Part shown: in pieces, positions 53,401 through 63,343 of the stretch
How positions within the stretch are numbered: the first letter of the stretch is position 1
How the letters are laid out: each line of letters opens with the position of its first letter
IMG/VR virus record: IMGVR_UViG_3300037963_003542
Length of the DNA stretch: 64,000 nucleotides
Source: a virus
Reading direction: 5' to 3' (one strand)
Notes under the pieces: model-generated
Seen by the model: only the letters and a program-made list of their open reading frames with translations
The model's database searches: none
What the model was told of the DNA's origin: nothing
Program-made: the position numbers and the translations under genes

Positions 53401-56400
53401 CGAAGGATCTAGGCTTTTTGGACGAGTTTCTCAGGTTGATGGTAAGACTGTGCCCAGAGTATCCTATCAAGTTGCTTCAGGATCAACTATTCCAGCAACG
53501 AATGGGATTCCTAATGCACCATGGCCTGTAGAAATTAGTGCTCCTGAATATGCAGATACAAAATTTGCAGTTACTGCAGAAACTTCGGAACCTCATGGTC
53601 TTTCTAGTGGAGATGAGGTAACATTATCTCTTGCATTGTCAAATGTTAATATTACAAAAACATTTAAAGTAAGAGTATCTAATTATCAGACAATTACTTA
53701 CAATAAACCATCAGTCACCACAAAATTGGTTGTTGATGTTGCTTTCAATGCAGTTAACATCAGTATTAACACTCCTGATGCACTATTACTTAGAGAAAAT
53801 GATTATATTAAAATTAATGATGAAATTTTAAAAATTACATCAATTAATACAAATTCTGGTCTATTGGCGGTAGATAGAGGTCAGTTTAACACTCCATTGA
53901 GATTACATGCAGCAACAAACCCTGTAACGTTACACATTCCAGACGATCAACCAGATTATAGATTAACTGTTGGTTCTCCAATTACTACTACTGGTGTTGC
54001 TGGAGTGATCTATAATATCAATAAAGAAAATTCGACAATTGATGTAAGAGTTACTTCAGGAACTTTTGCATCTTCTAATACCATTGTTGATACATCATCA
54101 CCAACTGGAAGAGATTTAGATATTGCTAGTGTAAGTGAAAAAAGTGTATATTGGGAAATTGATCCAACTGGAACAGGAAATCATTATGTAAGAGATCTGC
54201 AATTCAGATTTATCAGAGGAAGTAAGTATATTTTTGATCTTAGTGATGGCAGTAACTTAAATCATAACCTTATTTTCTCCGAAGATTCTGCCAATGTAAA
54301 TACACTGTCAAATGTTAGTTACATTGGGACACCAGGCACACCTGGAGCATCTGCAACTATTGAAAAAGCATCTTTGATGAACATGGATGTTTCTAGAGTC
54401 TATTATTATGATGAAGCAGGTGGAATCATCAATAACAAAAAATATTTTAGTCTTCAACTGCTTCCAGCTGGAACACAGAAGATTGATATTGTAGATTCCA
54501 CTAAATTCCAATTTTCTGCCCCATTCCAACCAGAAGTAACGGAATGGTTGAACTTAATTTCATATAAAACAACCTCGCAGACTGCAATAGGAAAAATTTC
54601 CGAAATTGTAGTAATTGATGGTGGTGAGGGGTATAAAAAACTTCCTAAAATTGAAGGTGTCACTCATACCTTACTTGATGACATTAGAACAGAGATAAGT
54701 CTTGTCGGAGGATCATTTTCCGAAGTAAAAGTAATTAATGGTGGATCTAGATATTCTTCTTCCACTAAAATTTTTGTAAACACTACTACTGGTTCTGGTG
54801 CAGTATTGACACCAACTGTTGTTGGCGGAAAAATTATTTCTATTAAAGTAGATGATCCTGGAGATGGATATTCTGCAGATGATACTATTACTGCAGTTGA
54901 TACTGATGCTAAAATCTATGCTCAGGGCGAAAATATCGGAAAAATTAAAACAGTTAGATTTAGCAACAACGGAAGTCAGTTTACCTCTGATAGAACTCTT
55001 AGCAAATCACTTTTATTCAATAAAAAGGTCATTGTCAGAGACCTTCCTTCCGATAATTATAAATTAGCAGAAGTTGTTACCACTACTGGTGGATTTGAGG
55101 GTGAGGTAGAAAGTATTACTGCTTTAGGAAATGATGTTTATTTACTTGACCTTCTCGTAATTAAAGGAGAACTGAATAAAGGAGATACCTTAGTTGGTCA
55201 GATTAATCAATATACATCTGTAGTTGAATATGCAACTACTCCAGATGTTGTCGGTAAAGTTGGGGGATATGTTGGTAAAGTTGGATTCTTTGAATCTGAT
55301 CTTGGCAAGATTAGTTCATCTTCCCAGAAAATTACTGACAGTAACTATTTCCAAGATTTCTCATATGTCATTAGAAGCACGAGAAGTCTGAGTGAGTATA
55401 AGCAATATGTTGATGAAACTACTCATCCACTTGGATTTAAACTGTTTGGTGAAGTTGCGGTCGAGAATGATGTAGATTTTGAAGATACCGTAACTGGAAA
55501 TCCATTTAGTATCGGTCTGGCTGAAGATCCACATGCAAGGGAAGTTATTATCTCCTTGCCAGATATCAATGTAGAGTCGGATATTGTATTCAAGAAACAT
55601 GAGGTTTCTGTGATCAAAGCAGCTGATATCAAATCTTATATTGGACAAGGTGCCGCAAGACTTAATTTCTTAGAAAACCAGATTGAAGCAACGAAAATTG
55701 CAGATATTTCTTCTAGCTTTGATGATGTTACTAAAACGTTTACATTAACCACACAGGATGGCAATTTTCCAAAAGATGCTCCAAATACATCTGTGATGGT
55801 TGCGTTGAATGAGATTTTCCAAGAGCCCTACGAAACTCAAGATATTTTAGGAATTACATATGATGGTGGATTGATGACCGTCACTACTGATGGTGATCAT
55901 GGATATGCAGTTACTACCTCAGGACAAACTTATCCTGATCAAAAGTATGTACATATTTCTGGCGTAATAAATTCTGTTGCTAATATCAATTTTAATGATA
56001 AATTTGAAATTTATGATGTACCATCATCTGACACTTTCAGAGCAACCATCAACAATCCAAATGGAGTTTTGACTAACAATGACCCAGCGGTTTGTGCTGA
56101 TGTTAAATCAACCATTGATAATCTAACTACAATCCTTACTTATTATACAGCAAATCCATCTGCATCAAGACCCATTAAGAATCAGGGTATCTGGCCAGAT
56201 CCAACACAAGGACCAGTTAGTGCCAATAGACATAGAGATGGCGCTAATTTAATTAGCGCGAATAGATTTCATATCATTGATAGAGCAAATGCTGAAATTT
56301 CTCTACAGTATCCTGATTTCTATTATCCTAATGATCCTCAGACTAACTCATACAGCAGATATAGAGATGCTTATCGTTTGATCATGACCAACCGTAAGGA

Positions 56401-59400
56401 ATTGGTTGACAGAGGTGCTGCTCAGATCGCCGTAGACTATCCTGATTTTGTTTATCCAGGTGATCCCACAACTGCTAGTGATTATCGCTTTAAGGACGCT
56501 TACAGACTCATTCAGCAGAACAGACAAGAGATTATTGATAACGCTTGGACTACTATGCAAGCAGGATCAAATACTGCTGACCCCGCAGTAGAAACCAAGT
56601 GTAAGCGTGACATCGGATTGTTCATTGATTATACATCACTGGATCTTGTCAATGGTGGTAATGAATATGCTCGTAAGTTTGCTCTTCAGTATTTTGATGA
56701 GAATGGAAATCCTCTTACTAATGGTTTACTTGGTGAAGAATTAGCATCAAATGATGCTTTCAATGCTGCTAAGGACAATATGATCCTGGCATTCACCAAT
56801 CAACTGACAGTTACTGACAGCACGATCACTCCTGATCCTGCTGGTGCTCCTCTGTGTGCTAACGTAACCTCTGCAATTACAACTCTCACAGGTATTGTCA
56901 CTGCTGCGATTGCCGCAGGATCTACTGCTGGTCTTCCTACAGAGACTATTGGAGCAGACAGAACTGGAGAAGCGAAGTGTAAGCGTGATATCGGACTATT
57001 TGTTGATGCTATGGCATTGGATGTTCACACTGGTGGTAATGTCTATGCTCGTAAGTTCCTCAAACAATACTTCAATGCTGCTGGAACATCATTTACTACT
57101 AATGGTCTTGACGGCGAAATCCTTCAATCTATCACTGCATTTGAGAAGGTTAGAGATTTGATGAAACTTGCAATTGTGAATCAATTGCTCGAAAAAGATC
57201 TTACAATTACTTCTGCTAATGCAAATTATTGGGGAACTGCTGTTGGTACACCAACTAATGTTACTTATGATGCTGTAACAGGTGTTGCTCAAGTTACTAT
57301 TGCTAATCATGGACTTAATAACGGAGATGATGTATTAATTAAGTCGAACGGACTGACATTTACTTGTGCTATGGACGGTAATGTTGCTGAAAAGTCCTAT
57401 CCAAGACTTGCTGATGGAAATCATGAAACTGCAATGGCAGTTTCAAATGCTACTAATGATACCTTTGATATTACTGTAGGTGCAAGTCCAGAAAAAACCT
57501 TTACTATTAGTGATGCTGATTATGATCCAGTATCTGGAGATGTTGAGTTAACAATTGGAAATCACTCTCTGAGAGCAGGTACAGGTGTTAAAATTGAACC
57601 AGAATCAATTACATTCACCTGTAATCTGGACAACGATGCTACTGAGCATTCTTATCCTAAATCTGAAATTTTAAATGCAACTGTTGATAATGCTGTTTAC
57701 AATCCATCTTCTGGAGTTCTTACAGTAACAGTTGAGAAACATGGGTGGGAGAATGGAGATTTCATTAAGTTCGATGACAACTCCCTTAAATTTACATGTG
57801 CTAGAGATAATAATCAAACCGAACATACTTATCCTCGCTCAACTGATCCTGTGAGTGGTAAGTGGATTCCTATTTACGATGTTTACTATGATTCATTCAA
57901 AGTTAAAATTGGAGTTTCTTCAGACACTTCAGAACATACATTTGTAAGTGCAGTAGATGATGGTCTTAAGAAGAAAAAGGATAAGACCTTTGACACTTCA
58001 GTCCCCATCATATCCACGACTGCAACTACCATTAAAATTAATGTTGGTAGTTCCACTGATACCTCAGTTCACACATATGTTCCAAGACTTTATACAGTAA
58101 CTGATGCAACCTATGATCCAACCAGTGGAATTTTAGGTATTACATCAGCTAATCATGGATTTACTGCTGGAGATGGTATTCTTCTTGGAGATGGAAGTTT
58201 AACCTTTAGTTGTACTTGTGATGGTAATGTTGAAGAGATTTCATATCCAAGATCAACTGATCCTGCTTCCAAGAAGAGACTTAATGTTATTTCTGCAACG
58301 AATGATCAACTTACAGTTAACATTGGAGCATCACCACTTGTAAAATACACTCCAACCAATGCAACCTATGATGGTTCAACTGGTTTGATGGAAGTAACCA
58401 TTGGAAATCATGGTATTAATCCCAATACCACTGTTAAAATGCTTGCCAATGGCATTACTTTCTCATGTGGTGCTGCTACTGGAACACATACATTTGTAAG
58501 TGGTGTTACTAATGCCATCACGGCAGGTTCTGGTGGTAGTGGAACTTTCACTGCTGCGACAGGAACAACATATGATCCATCCACAGGCGATTTAGTATTA
58601 GAAATTGGATCTCATAGTTTGACTACCGCTAATTCAGTTACCATTGCTGATGGCGGCGTAACGTTCACTTGTGATGCTGATAATCATGGTTCAAACCATT
58701 CTTATCCTCGTCCCACTGACCCTGCATCTGGTCTTACTCTTAGTATTTCAGCAACTACTGCAACAACAATTACTGTCAACGTAGGTGCTGCCGCGCCTTC
58801 TGGTACTAACCATTCTTATCCGAGAACACTGATTGACTCGTTCACTGTAACTGGTGCCACATACACGGCATCTACAGGTGCTATGACTGTCACAGTTAAT
58901 GATCATGGAATGATCAATGGTGATTGGATTAAGTTTGAGGATGATTCTTTGACATTTACTTGTGATCAAGATAGTCATAATTCTAATCACACTTATCCAC
59001 GTTCTACTGATCCTGTTAGCGGTAAGTTCATTCAAATTTCTAACGTAACCCAAAATACTTTTGACGTTAATGTTGGAGAATCGCCCGCTGGTCAACAGTA
59101 TACTCACCTTTTTGTAAGTGCAGTTGCTGATGGTCTTAAGCATAAGCGCGACCGTTCTTATGATCAACCAATTCCTGTTGTTTCTGTCACTGACACTACT
59201 ATCACACTCCAGGTTGGTACTACATCAATTGTTTCGGCACATACATTTGTTTCTGCTCTCACTGATGCAATCATTAGTGGTGGTGAATATCCTCACACAT
59301 TTGTGAGTGCTGCTAGTGGTGCATTGAATCAAGCTGTAGTTATTTCAGGTGGTAATTACTCACACACTTTCATTAGAGCAGTTGAAGATGCCATTGTAAG

Positions 59401-61690
59401 ACCTGTTGTTAATTCTCCTGTTGCAAATAACAGCAATGGAGCATGTGCAGATGTTCAAAGTAACATTGATAACCTTGTTAGTATTGTAACCACATATCTC
59501 TCTCAAGGATCTTTAGTATCACCTCTACCACTCCCAATTGAATCCATGCGCGTACCATCTTTCGGAGAAGGTAAGTGCAAGCGAGATCTCGGAATTATCG
59601 TTGATGCAATCATTGCTGATATGAGATCTGGTGGTAATTCTAATATTCTAGAAGCAACTGAGCGTTATATTGACGGAACTGCTCTACTTACCAATGGTAT
59701 TGCAGGTGAACTTGCAGAATCAACAACTGCCTTCAATAAAGCGCGTGATATGGCAAAACTCGCCATTACCAACCAATTATACGAGAAAGATTTTACTATT
59801 CTCCCAGATTTCCTTACGACATCAGGGACTCTTGATTCTACCGATGTTACTGACGCACTTCTCACTGAGGGTCAGTTTGAATATGAGAATATTGACATTA
59901 AATTCTATGAGACACCAAAAGAAGGGACAACTTTCTACTCAACATTCTTCAAGTTTGTTGATGGTGCTGATAATGCGAGATATTCTTATAAGATCAAAGA
60001 TATTCTTTTTGATGGAACATCTAAGAGATATGATCTTAAGAGAAAAAATGGATCTAATATTGTGACCGAGCAAGATGAAAATCTCTTGATTTTCATCGAT
60101 GGCGTGCTGCAGATTTATGGAGAAGCATATACTATTGATAGAACAGTCAATCCCAACCAAATTGTATTTACTACTCCGATTGAGAAGGAAAGACATTTCT
60201 TCGGTTATACTTTCAGTAAGTATAAAATGCTCAATAATTTCTCCCACCTTATTAATGGAAGTAGAAAATCATTTGAATTCGCGTTTGGGGATGATAATAT
60301 TATTCCTCCTGATGTACATCAGATTTTAGTGTTACTTGATGGTGTTCCTCAGACGGAAGGAATTGCATATAATATTGTTGATAACGTTATTACTTTCACT
60401 GAGGCACCACAAGTAGATAAGAATTGCCATTGTCTGTATTTCTATGGTAAAACATTTGAAAAGACTATTTCTATCTGGAATGGTAATATATTTGAGAATT
60501 TAGAATTTCTCGGGAATTACAATCCTGATGGTTGTAAATATCAAAATAAAGTTGCAAATACTGGTGATATTGTTCATCCTGGTGATCTTATCAAAATTGA
60601 TGGAGAAACTCCCAAAGAAATTATTAGAATGGATCAAAGGGCACTTGAAAATACCGATAACTTACTTTATACGGCATATGTATATACTGATAACTCATAT
60701 ATTCGCGGTAAGAATGCGGTTGCAAGTGCAACTGTGACGGGCGTACCAGTTTCAGGATCTAATACCATAGGAGTTGAAAATACAATTGGTGTTGACAATA
60801 CTATGGGTATTCCCACAGTATATGATTATCAGGTAACTGGTGCTACCATCACAAATAGTGGACTTGAGTATGATGTTGCTCCAATTGTTCTTTTCAAGAC
60901 AACATGCGACAATCCTGGAACAGGTGCTAAGGGATATGCCGAAATCACTAACGGCAAAGTGACTAATGTTGTAATCACAGATGGTGGTTCTGGTTATAAT
61001 GCTGCTCCTGAGATAATCTTCGCCAAAAAGTATGAAATTGTCAGACCACATACACCATTGTTCACTAAAAAGAACACTATTTTGAATATGAAGGTCGAAG
61101 GTGGAAATGCTGGTGTTGTAGATATTCATGAAGATACCACCCTCGAAGATCTTCTTCCTCTGGTTGTTTCGCAGATCAGTGCAGAAAGAACTACTCATGT
61201 TCAGACTCTTCTGCACAATGCAGGAAGAACTAATGAACCTGGACTTGCATATAACTTGAATACATTTGATCAAATCAAGTTCCAGTTTGAACCATCTGAA
61301 TTTAATGATCCTCTTGCTAACTATATTGGAACTGGAGTTACCATTGAGCATATGACACGTTATGCTCCAAATATCACAATCGGAGACTTTACTACGCACG
61401 CAGGTGTTGCATACGGTTCCGCTGGTGGTGTTATTATCAATATTCCAGCAGATGCCTATGTTACATATGGTCTCACCCTCAATGGTGCTATCAATGACGC
61501 AGTTACTACCGTTACAGTAACTGGTGATGTTTCTAACTTCCCACCTGCAGGATATTTGGAATTTGGTGATGAGATTATGGAATATACATCAATCTCTGGT
61601 CAAGATTTCACAGTTGTCAGAGGTGTTAAGTCTACAACAGCAACTACACACGCAGATGGTGATTATTTAAGACTCGCTTGGCGAGGGTGA
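50486..61690 (+). CDS. gp7: baseplate wedge initiator gp7-like giant protein (3734 aa) with internal repeat modules
   Basis: QLP.FI...FP.YV.F.E.YY; IKDFY..KGT..S..FLFR.LY; HSPILGWAYDGNPIYGPYGY; KITDSNYFQDFSYVI; HP.GFKLFGEV; lies between gp6 and gp8. Confidence 0.85.
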   Translation: MNFNKLTISDLVGQQLPNFIVDEFPTYVKFFEEYYKSLEVSGGILDIQNNFLEYTNVDSLRKFNLVKTYKLQTAIDASATSIVLDKIDGLRTDGGIIGIGDEIILYSSVDIATRTLTDCERGFSATTKFDAQKTTIETSTAQSHDVDDVVTNYSSLILFFILKNYEKQYLAGFPHENIADQIGKDTLIRNIKDFYSYKGTDLSIEFLFRALYDEEVTVRYPRDRVIKASYSDWTVDDIIKVEQIEGNPYDLVGSQIRQTDATGVVQATAIIDDLLINNISNYSSGTKNIYEVRLNVLNSQVFTIPQSSILRRDISASDSVITVDSTLSFPKLNGVIEIDGEFITYRTKTFNQFIDCGRGAYGTNPAPHFVDQEVVTTEYLFGYPAGKSEEEDQVKMRILGVLSEVDIRDGSNYFETGEKIKLSPDGDTDNRPQFTSWRLNEVGNFCSSSDIQINNAVKNIPTSAFAVFKDSKYAYVTSAGLPANSIGPFRGVGYDVRNQNILKSIPLTTEKNTQKQETKNKPVGLFINGVEAFSAQDYEEVSYGSIDSVSIAQSGFGFEENIQPIFRVKDATGNGATFNASIVDGKVTSISVIDGGQDYTRDHELEVTYGFDATATIAQDAHLVNGEIKTITVTGGGQDYVATPNVEIVDTAGRGKGAFAIAQVTNNQVTGVVVLNGGTDYTDKSTIQVRIVSKGTGIFATANVKKWSFDRVFKTKNTLDANQNWIPATQVKSDLGNGYLYASSNAAYGLQYGFAQNPKLLRSSLVDNVQGVNAAYAEKTSGFVHSPILGWAYDGNPIYGPYGYSNPVDSNSAISRQTSSYALKSTAPSGRPSTAKYPLGAFIQDYDYIQGNGSLDFNNGRFCKTPEFPNGRYCYFITVDNFGSGVYPYILGKTFYSVPAANNFNLEFDQSNDSNIPEGARRIRTANTPTRGFDASLIVGEIGRGAVDSFTVTESGATFKNSDYLYIDNTDTEGSRLFGRVSQVDGKTVPRVSYQVASGSTIPATNGIPNAPWPVEISAPEYADTKFAVTAETSEPHGLSSGDEVTLSLALSNVNITKTFKVRVSNYQTITYNKPSVTTKLVVDVAFNAVNISINTPDALLLRENDYIKINDEILKITSINTNSGLLAVDRGQFNTPLRLHAATNPVTLHIPDDQPDYRLTVGSPITTTGVAGVIYNINKENSTIDVRVTSGTFASSNTIVDTSSPTGRDLDIASVSEKSVYWEIDPTGTGNHYVRDLQFRFIRGSKYIFDLSDGSNLNHNLIFSEDSANVNTLSNVSYIGTPGTPGASATIEKASLMNMDVSRVYYYDEAGGIINNKKYFSLQLLPAGTQKIDIVDSTKFQFSAPFQPEVTEWLNLISYKTTSQTAIGKISEIVVIDGGEGYKKLPKIEGVTHTLLDDIRTEISLVGGSFSEVKVINGGSRYSSSTKIFVNTTTGSGAVLTPTVVGGKIISIKVDDPGDGYSADDTITAVDTDAKIYAQGENIGKIKTVRFSNNGSQFTSDRTLSKSLLFNKKVIVRDLPSDNYKLAEVVTTTGGFEGEVESITALGNDVYLLDLLVIKGELNKGDTLVGQINQYTSVVEYATTPDVVGKVGGYVGKVGFFESDLGKISSSSQKITDSNYFQDFSYVIRSTRSLSEYKQYVDETTHPLGFKLFGEVAVENDVDFEDTVTGNPFSIGLAEDPHAREVIISLPDINVESDIVFKKHEVSVIKAADIKSYIGQGAARLNFLENQIEATKIADISSSFDDVTKTFTLTTQDGNFPKDAPNTSVMVALNEIFQEPYETQDILGITYDGGLMTVTTDGDHGYAVTTSGQTYPDQKYVHISGVINSVANINFNDKFEIYDVPSSDTFRATINNPNGVLTNNDPAVCADVKSTIDNLTTILTYYTANPSASRPIKNQGIWPDPTQGPVSANRHRDGANLISANRFHIIDRANAEISLQYPDFYYPNDPQTNSYSRYRDAYRLIMTNRKELVDRGAAQIAVDYPDFVYPGDPTTASDYRFKDAYRLIQQNRQEIIDNAWTTMQAGSNTADPAVETKCKRDIGLFIDYTSLDLVNGGNEYARKFALQYFDENGNPLTNGLLGEELASNDAFNAAKDNMILAFTNQLTVTDSTITPDPAGAPLCANVTSAITTLTGIVTAAIAAGSTAGLPTETIGADRTGEAKCKRDIGLFVDAMALDVHTGGNVYARKFLKQYFNAAGTSFTTNGLDGEILQSITAFEKVRDLMKLAIVNQLLEKDLTITSANANYWGTAVGTPTNVTYDAVTGVAQVTIANHGLNNGDDVLIKSNGLTFTCAMDGNVAEKSYPRLADGNHETAMAVSNATNDTFDITVGASPEKTFTISDADYDPVSGDVELTIGNHSLRAGTGVKIEPESITFTCNLDNDATEHSYPKSEILNATVDNAVYNPSSGVLTVTVEKHGWENGDFIKFDDNSLKFTCARDNNQTEHTYPRSTDPVSGKWIPIYDVYYDSFKVKIGVSSDTSEHTFVSAVDDGLKKKKDKTFDTSVPIISTTATTIKINVGSSTDTSVHTYVPRLYTVTDATYDPTSGILGITSANHGFTAGDGILLGDGSLTFSCTCDGNVEEISYPRSTDPASKKRLNVISATNDQLTVNIGASPLVKYTPTNATYDGSTGLMEVTIGNHGINPNTTVKMLANGITFSCGAATGTHTFVSGVTNAITAGSGGSGTFTAATGTTYDPSTGDLVLEIGSHSLTTANSVTIADGGVTFTCDADNHGSNHSYPRPTDPASGLTLSISATTATTITVNVGAAAPSGTNHSYPRTLIDSFTVTGATYTASTGAMTVTVNDHGMINGDWIKFEDDSLTFTCDQDSHNSNHTYPRSTDPVSGKFIQISNVTQNTFDVNVGESPAGQQYTHLFVSAVADGLKHKRDRSYDQPIPVVSVTDTTITLQVGTTSIVSAHTFVSALTDAIISGGEYPHTFVSAASGALNQAVVISGGNYSHTFIRAVEDAIVRPVVNSPVANNSNGACADVQSNIDNLVSIVTTYLSQGSLVSPLPLPIESMRVPSFGEGKCKRDLGIIVDAIIADMRSGGNSNILEATERYIDGTALLTNGIAGELAESTTAFNKARDMAKLAITNQLYEKDFTILPDFLTTSGTLDSTDVTDALLTEGQFEYENIDIKFYETPKEGTTFYSTFFKFVDGADNARYSYKIKDILFDGTSKRYDLKRKNGSNIVTEQDENLLIFIDGVLQIYGEAYTIDRTVNPNQIVFTTPIEKERHFFGYTFSKYKMLNNFSHLINGSRKSFEFAFGDDNIIPPDVHQILVLLDGVPQTEGIAYNIVDNVITFTEAPQVDKNCHCLYFYGKTFEKTISIWNGNIFENLEFLGNYNPDGCKYQNKVANTGDIVHPGDLIKIDGETPKEIIRMDQRALENTDNLLYTAYVYTDNSYIRGKNAVASATVTGVPVSGSNTIGVENTIGVDNTMGIPTVYDYQVTGATITNSGLEYDVAPIVLFKTTCDNPGTGAKGYAEITNGKVTNVVITDGGSGYNAAPEIIFAKKYEIVRPHTPLFTKKNTILNMKVEGGNAGVVDIHEDTTLEDLLPLVVSQISAERTTHVQTLLHNAGRTNEPGLAYNLNTFDQIKFQFEPSEFNDPLANYIGTGVTIEHMTRYAPNITIGDFTTHAGVAYGSAGGVIINIPADAYVTYGLTLNGAINDAVTTVTVTGDVSNFPPAGYLEFGDEIMEYTSISGQDFTVVRGVKSTTATTHADGDYLRLAWRG
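57240..59400 (+). repeat. about 7 degenerate beta-rich repeats in gp7 (T.YDP.SG.L..T...HG...LTF.C..D....H.YPR.TDP)
   Basis: Seven YP[RK] units near 57390, 57650, 57825, 58240, 58700, 58812 and 58990. Confidence 0.8.
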
Positions 61691-61702
61691 TAAATATAAA
61701 TA
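61690..61702 (+). promoter_or_regulatory. late promoter (ATAAATA / TATAAATA)
   Basis: Exact T4 late consensus TATAAATA at 61695-61702 upstream of gp8. Confidence 0.8.
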
Positions 61703-61733
61703 ACACAAGGAAAACCGTAAACCACTTATAGAG

Positions 61734-63305
61734 ATGCCAGCTTTAATTTCTGAACAATTTAGGATTCATAATGCTCAACAGTTTGAGGAAGCATTTTCTG
61801 AGACGGCAGCCACTAATATGTACTTCTTCATGGGTAGACCCCAAACTTGGGATACCGCTGCTGTAGCTGGCGCTCTCTCATATGTTGGTCAACCTGCAGG
61901 TAGTCAGCATAGTGGATCATATCTCGCTGCTCCAAACGAAAATAATCCTCCTACTCCAATTGATAGTTTCAATTATGAGAAGGAAGTCTTTGATGACATG
62001 ATTTCTCTTAAGAGAATTCAGTCATCTGATGTAAGATTAGTAGTCCCCAGACACAATTGGACATCTGGAGTTACATACTCCATGTATCGTTCTAACTATA
62101 GTGCTGATTTCAAAGCAAATTCAGCAGGAGAAAATGCTCCTCACCTGTATAGCGGCAAGTATTATGTCGTAAATAACTACAAAGTTTATAAGTGCATCTA
62201 TAACGGTTCTTCACCTGCTAATCCCAACGGAACTGCTTCTACAGTTGCTCCTACTGGTACAGGAGCAACCATCTTTAGCACTGCTGATGGTTATAGATGG
62301 AAGTTCCTTTATAGCATCGGTACAGACGATGTAATTAAGTTCTTTACTACTTCGTATATTCCTGTCCCTTCTGCATGGGGTGTTGGTTCTTCTGGTGATC
62401 CTACCAATGGTGTTGATGTTAAGGCAGCTGCTGTAGATGGTGCTATTGATACCGTAATTATCAACACTGGTGGTACTGGATATACTGACAATAATGTCAC
62501 TGGATACACTAACGTTCCCATTCGTGGAGATTGGGCAAAAAATGGTGGAACTCAAGCACTTGCCACAGTCAAAGTTACTAGTGGTGCTGTTACTGAAGTA
62601 ACAGTCACAACTCCTGGATCTGGTTATACTTACGGTTATATTAACGTAAATGCCACTGAGATTTCTGGTATTGGTGCTCCTGGTGTTTCAGCAGTTTTGG
62701 AAGTAGTCATTCCTCCTGCTGGCGGACATGGATACAATATCAATAAAGAACTTGGAACCAAGCGTGTTATGGTTAACGCCAGAGTTCAGTATGATGAGAG
62801 TCTTGAGTTCCCTGTTGACACAGACTTCAGAAGAATCGGTATTCTTCGTGATCCTGAGCAAACTGGTGGCGGTGCTGCTACTGGTGCTACATACAATGCT
62901 CTTGTAGCAGTTAAATTCCCATCAAGTACAGTTGCATCATTCAATATTGATGAAATTGTGACTCAAGCAACTACTAATGCTAAAGGTAAAGTTGTTTCAT
63001 GGGATTCAAGTACCAAAATTTTGAAACTCTATCAGAGTTCTTATGAGCACATTGGAACTGGTGATCAGGGAGGAGATCTTCCTGCTTTCTCAGGCGGTAA
63101 TGCAATTACAGGTGCAGATTCTGGATCAGTCGAGACTCCAGAAGTTGGTTATAGTTTAACTACTTCTAACTTGACATTTACCAACGGTTACGCTGGTACT
63201 GAGATCAAGAAGTATACTGGAGACATCATTTATGTTGAAAACAGAAGAACAGTTTCTCGTTCAATCGATCAGATTGAAGATGTAAAACTGGTCGTAGAAT
63301 TCTGA
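61734..63305 (+). CDS. gp8: baseplate wedge subunit gp8
   Basis: MPALISEQFRIHNAQQF.E; DDMISLKRI...V.LVVPR.NW..G..Y.MYR; VYKCIYNG; DGYRWKFLY; IIYVENRR.V.RS.DQIEDVKLVVEF. Confidence 0.93.
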   Translation: MPALISEQFRIHNAQQFEEAFSETAATNMYFFMGRPQTWDTAAVAGALSYVGQPAGSQHSGSYLAAPNENNPPTPIDSFNYEKEVFDDMISLKRIQSSDVRLVVPRHNWTSGVTYSMYRSNYSADFKANSAGENAPHLYSGKYYVVNNYKVYKCIYNGSSPANPNGTASTVAPTGTGATIFSTADGYRWKFLYSIGTDDVIKFFTTSYIPVPSAWGVGSSGDPTNGVDVKAAAVDGAIDTVIINTGGTGYTDNNVTGYTNVPIRGDWAKNGGTQALATVKVTSGAVTEVTVTTPGSGYTYGYINVNATEISGIGAPGVSAVLEVVIPPAGGHGYNINKELGTKRVMVNARVQYDESLEFPVDTDFRRIGILRDPEQTGGGAATGATYNALVAVKFPSSTVASFNIDEIVTQATTNAKGKVVSWDSSTKILKLYQSSYEHIGTGDQGGDLPAFSGGNAITGADSGSVETPEVGYSLTTSNLTFTNGYAGTEIKKYTGDIIYVENRRTVSRSIDQIEDVKLVVEF

Positions 63306-63343
63306 TATATATCATAGATCAAATCCCATTCTAGCTTAGTAAT

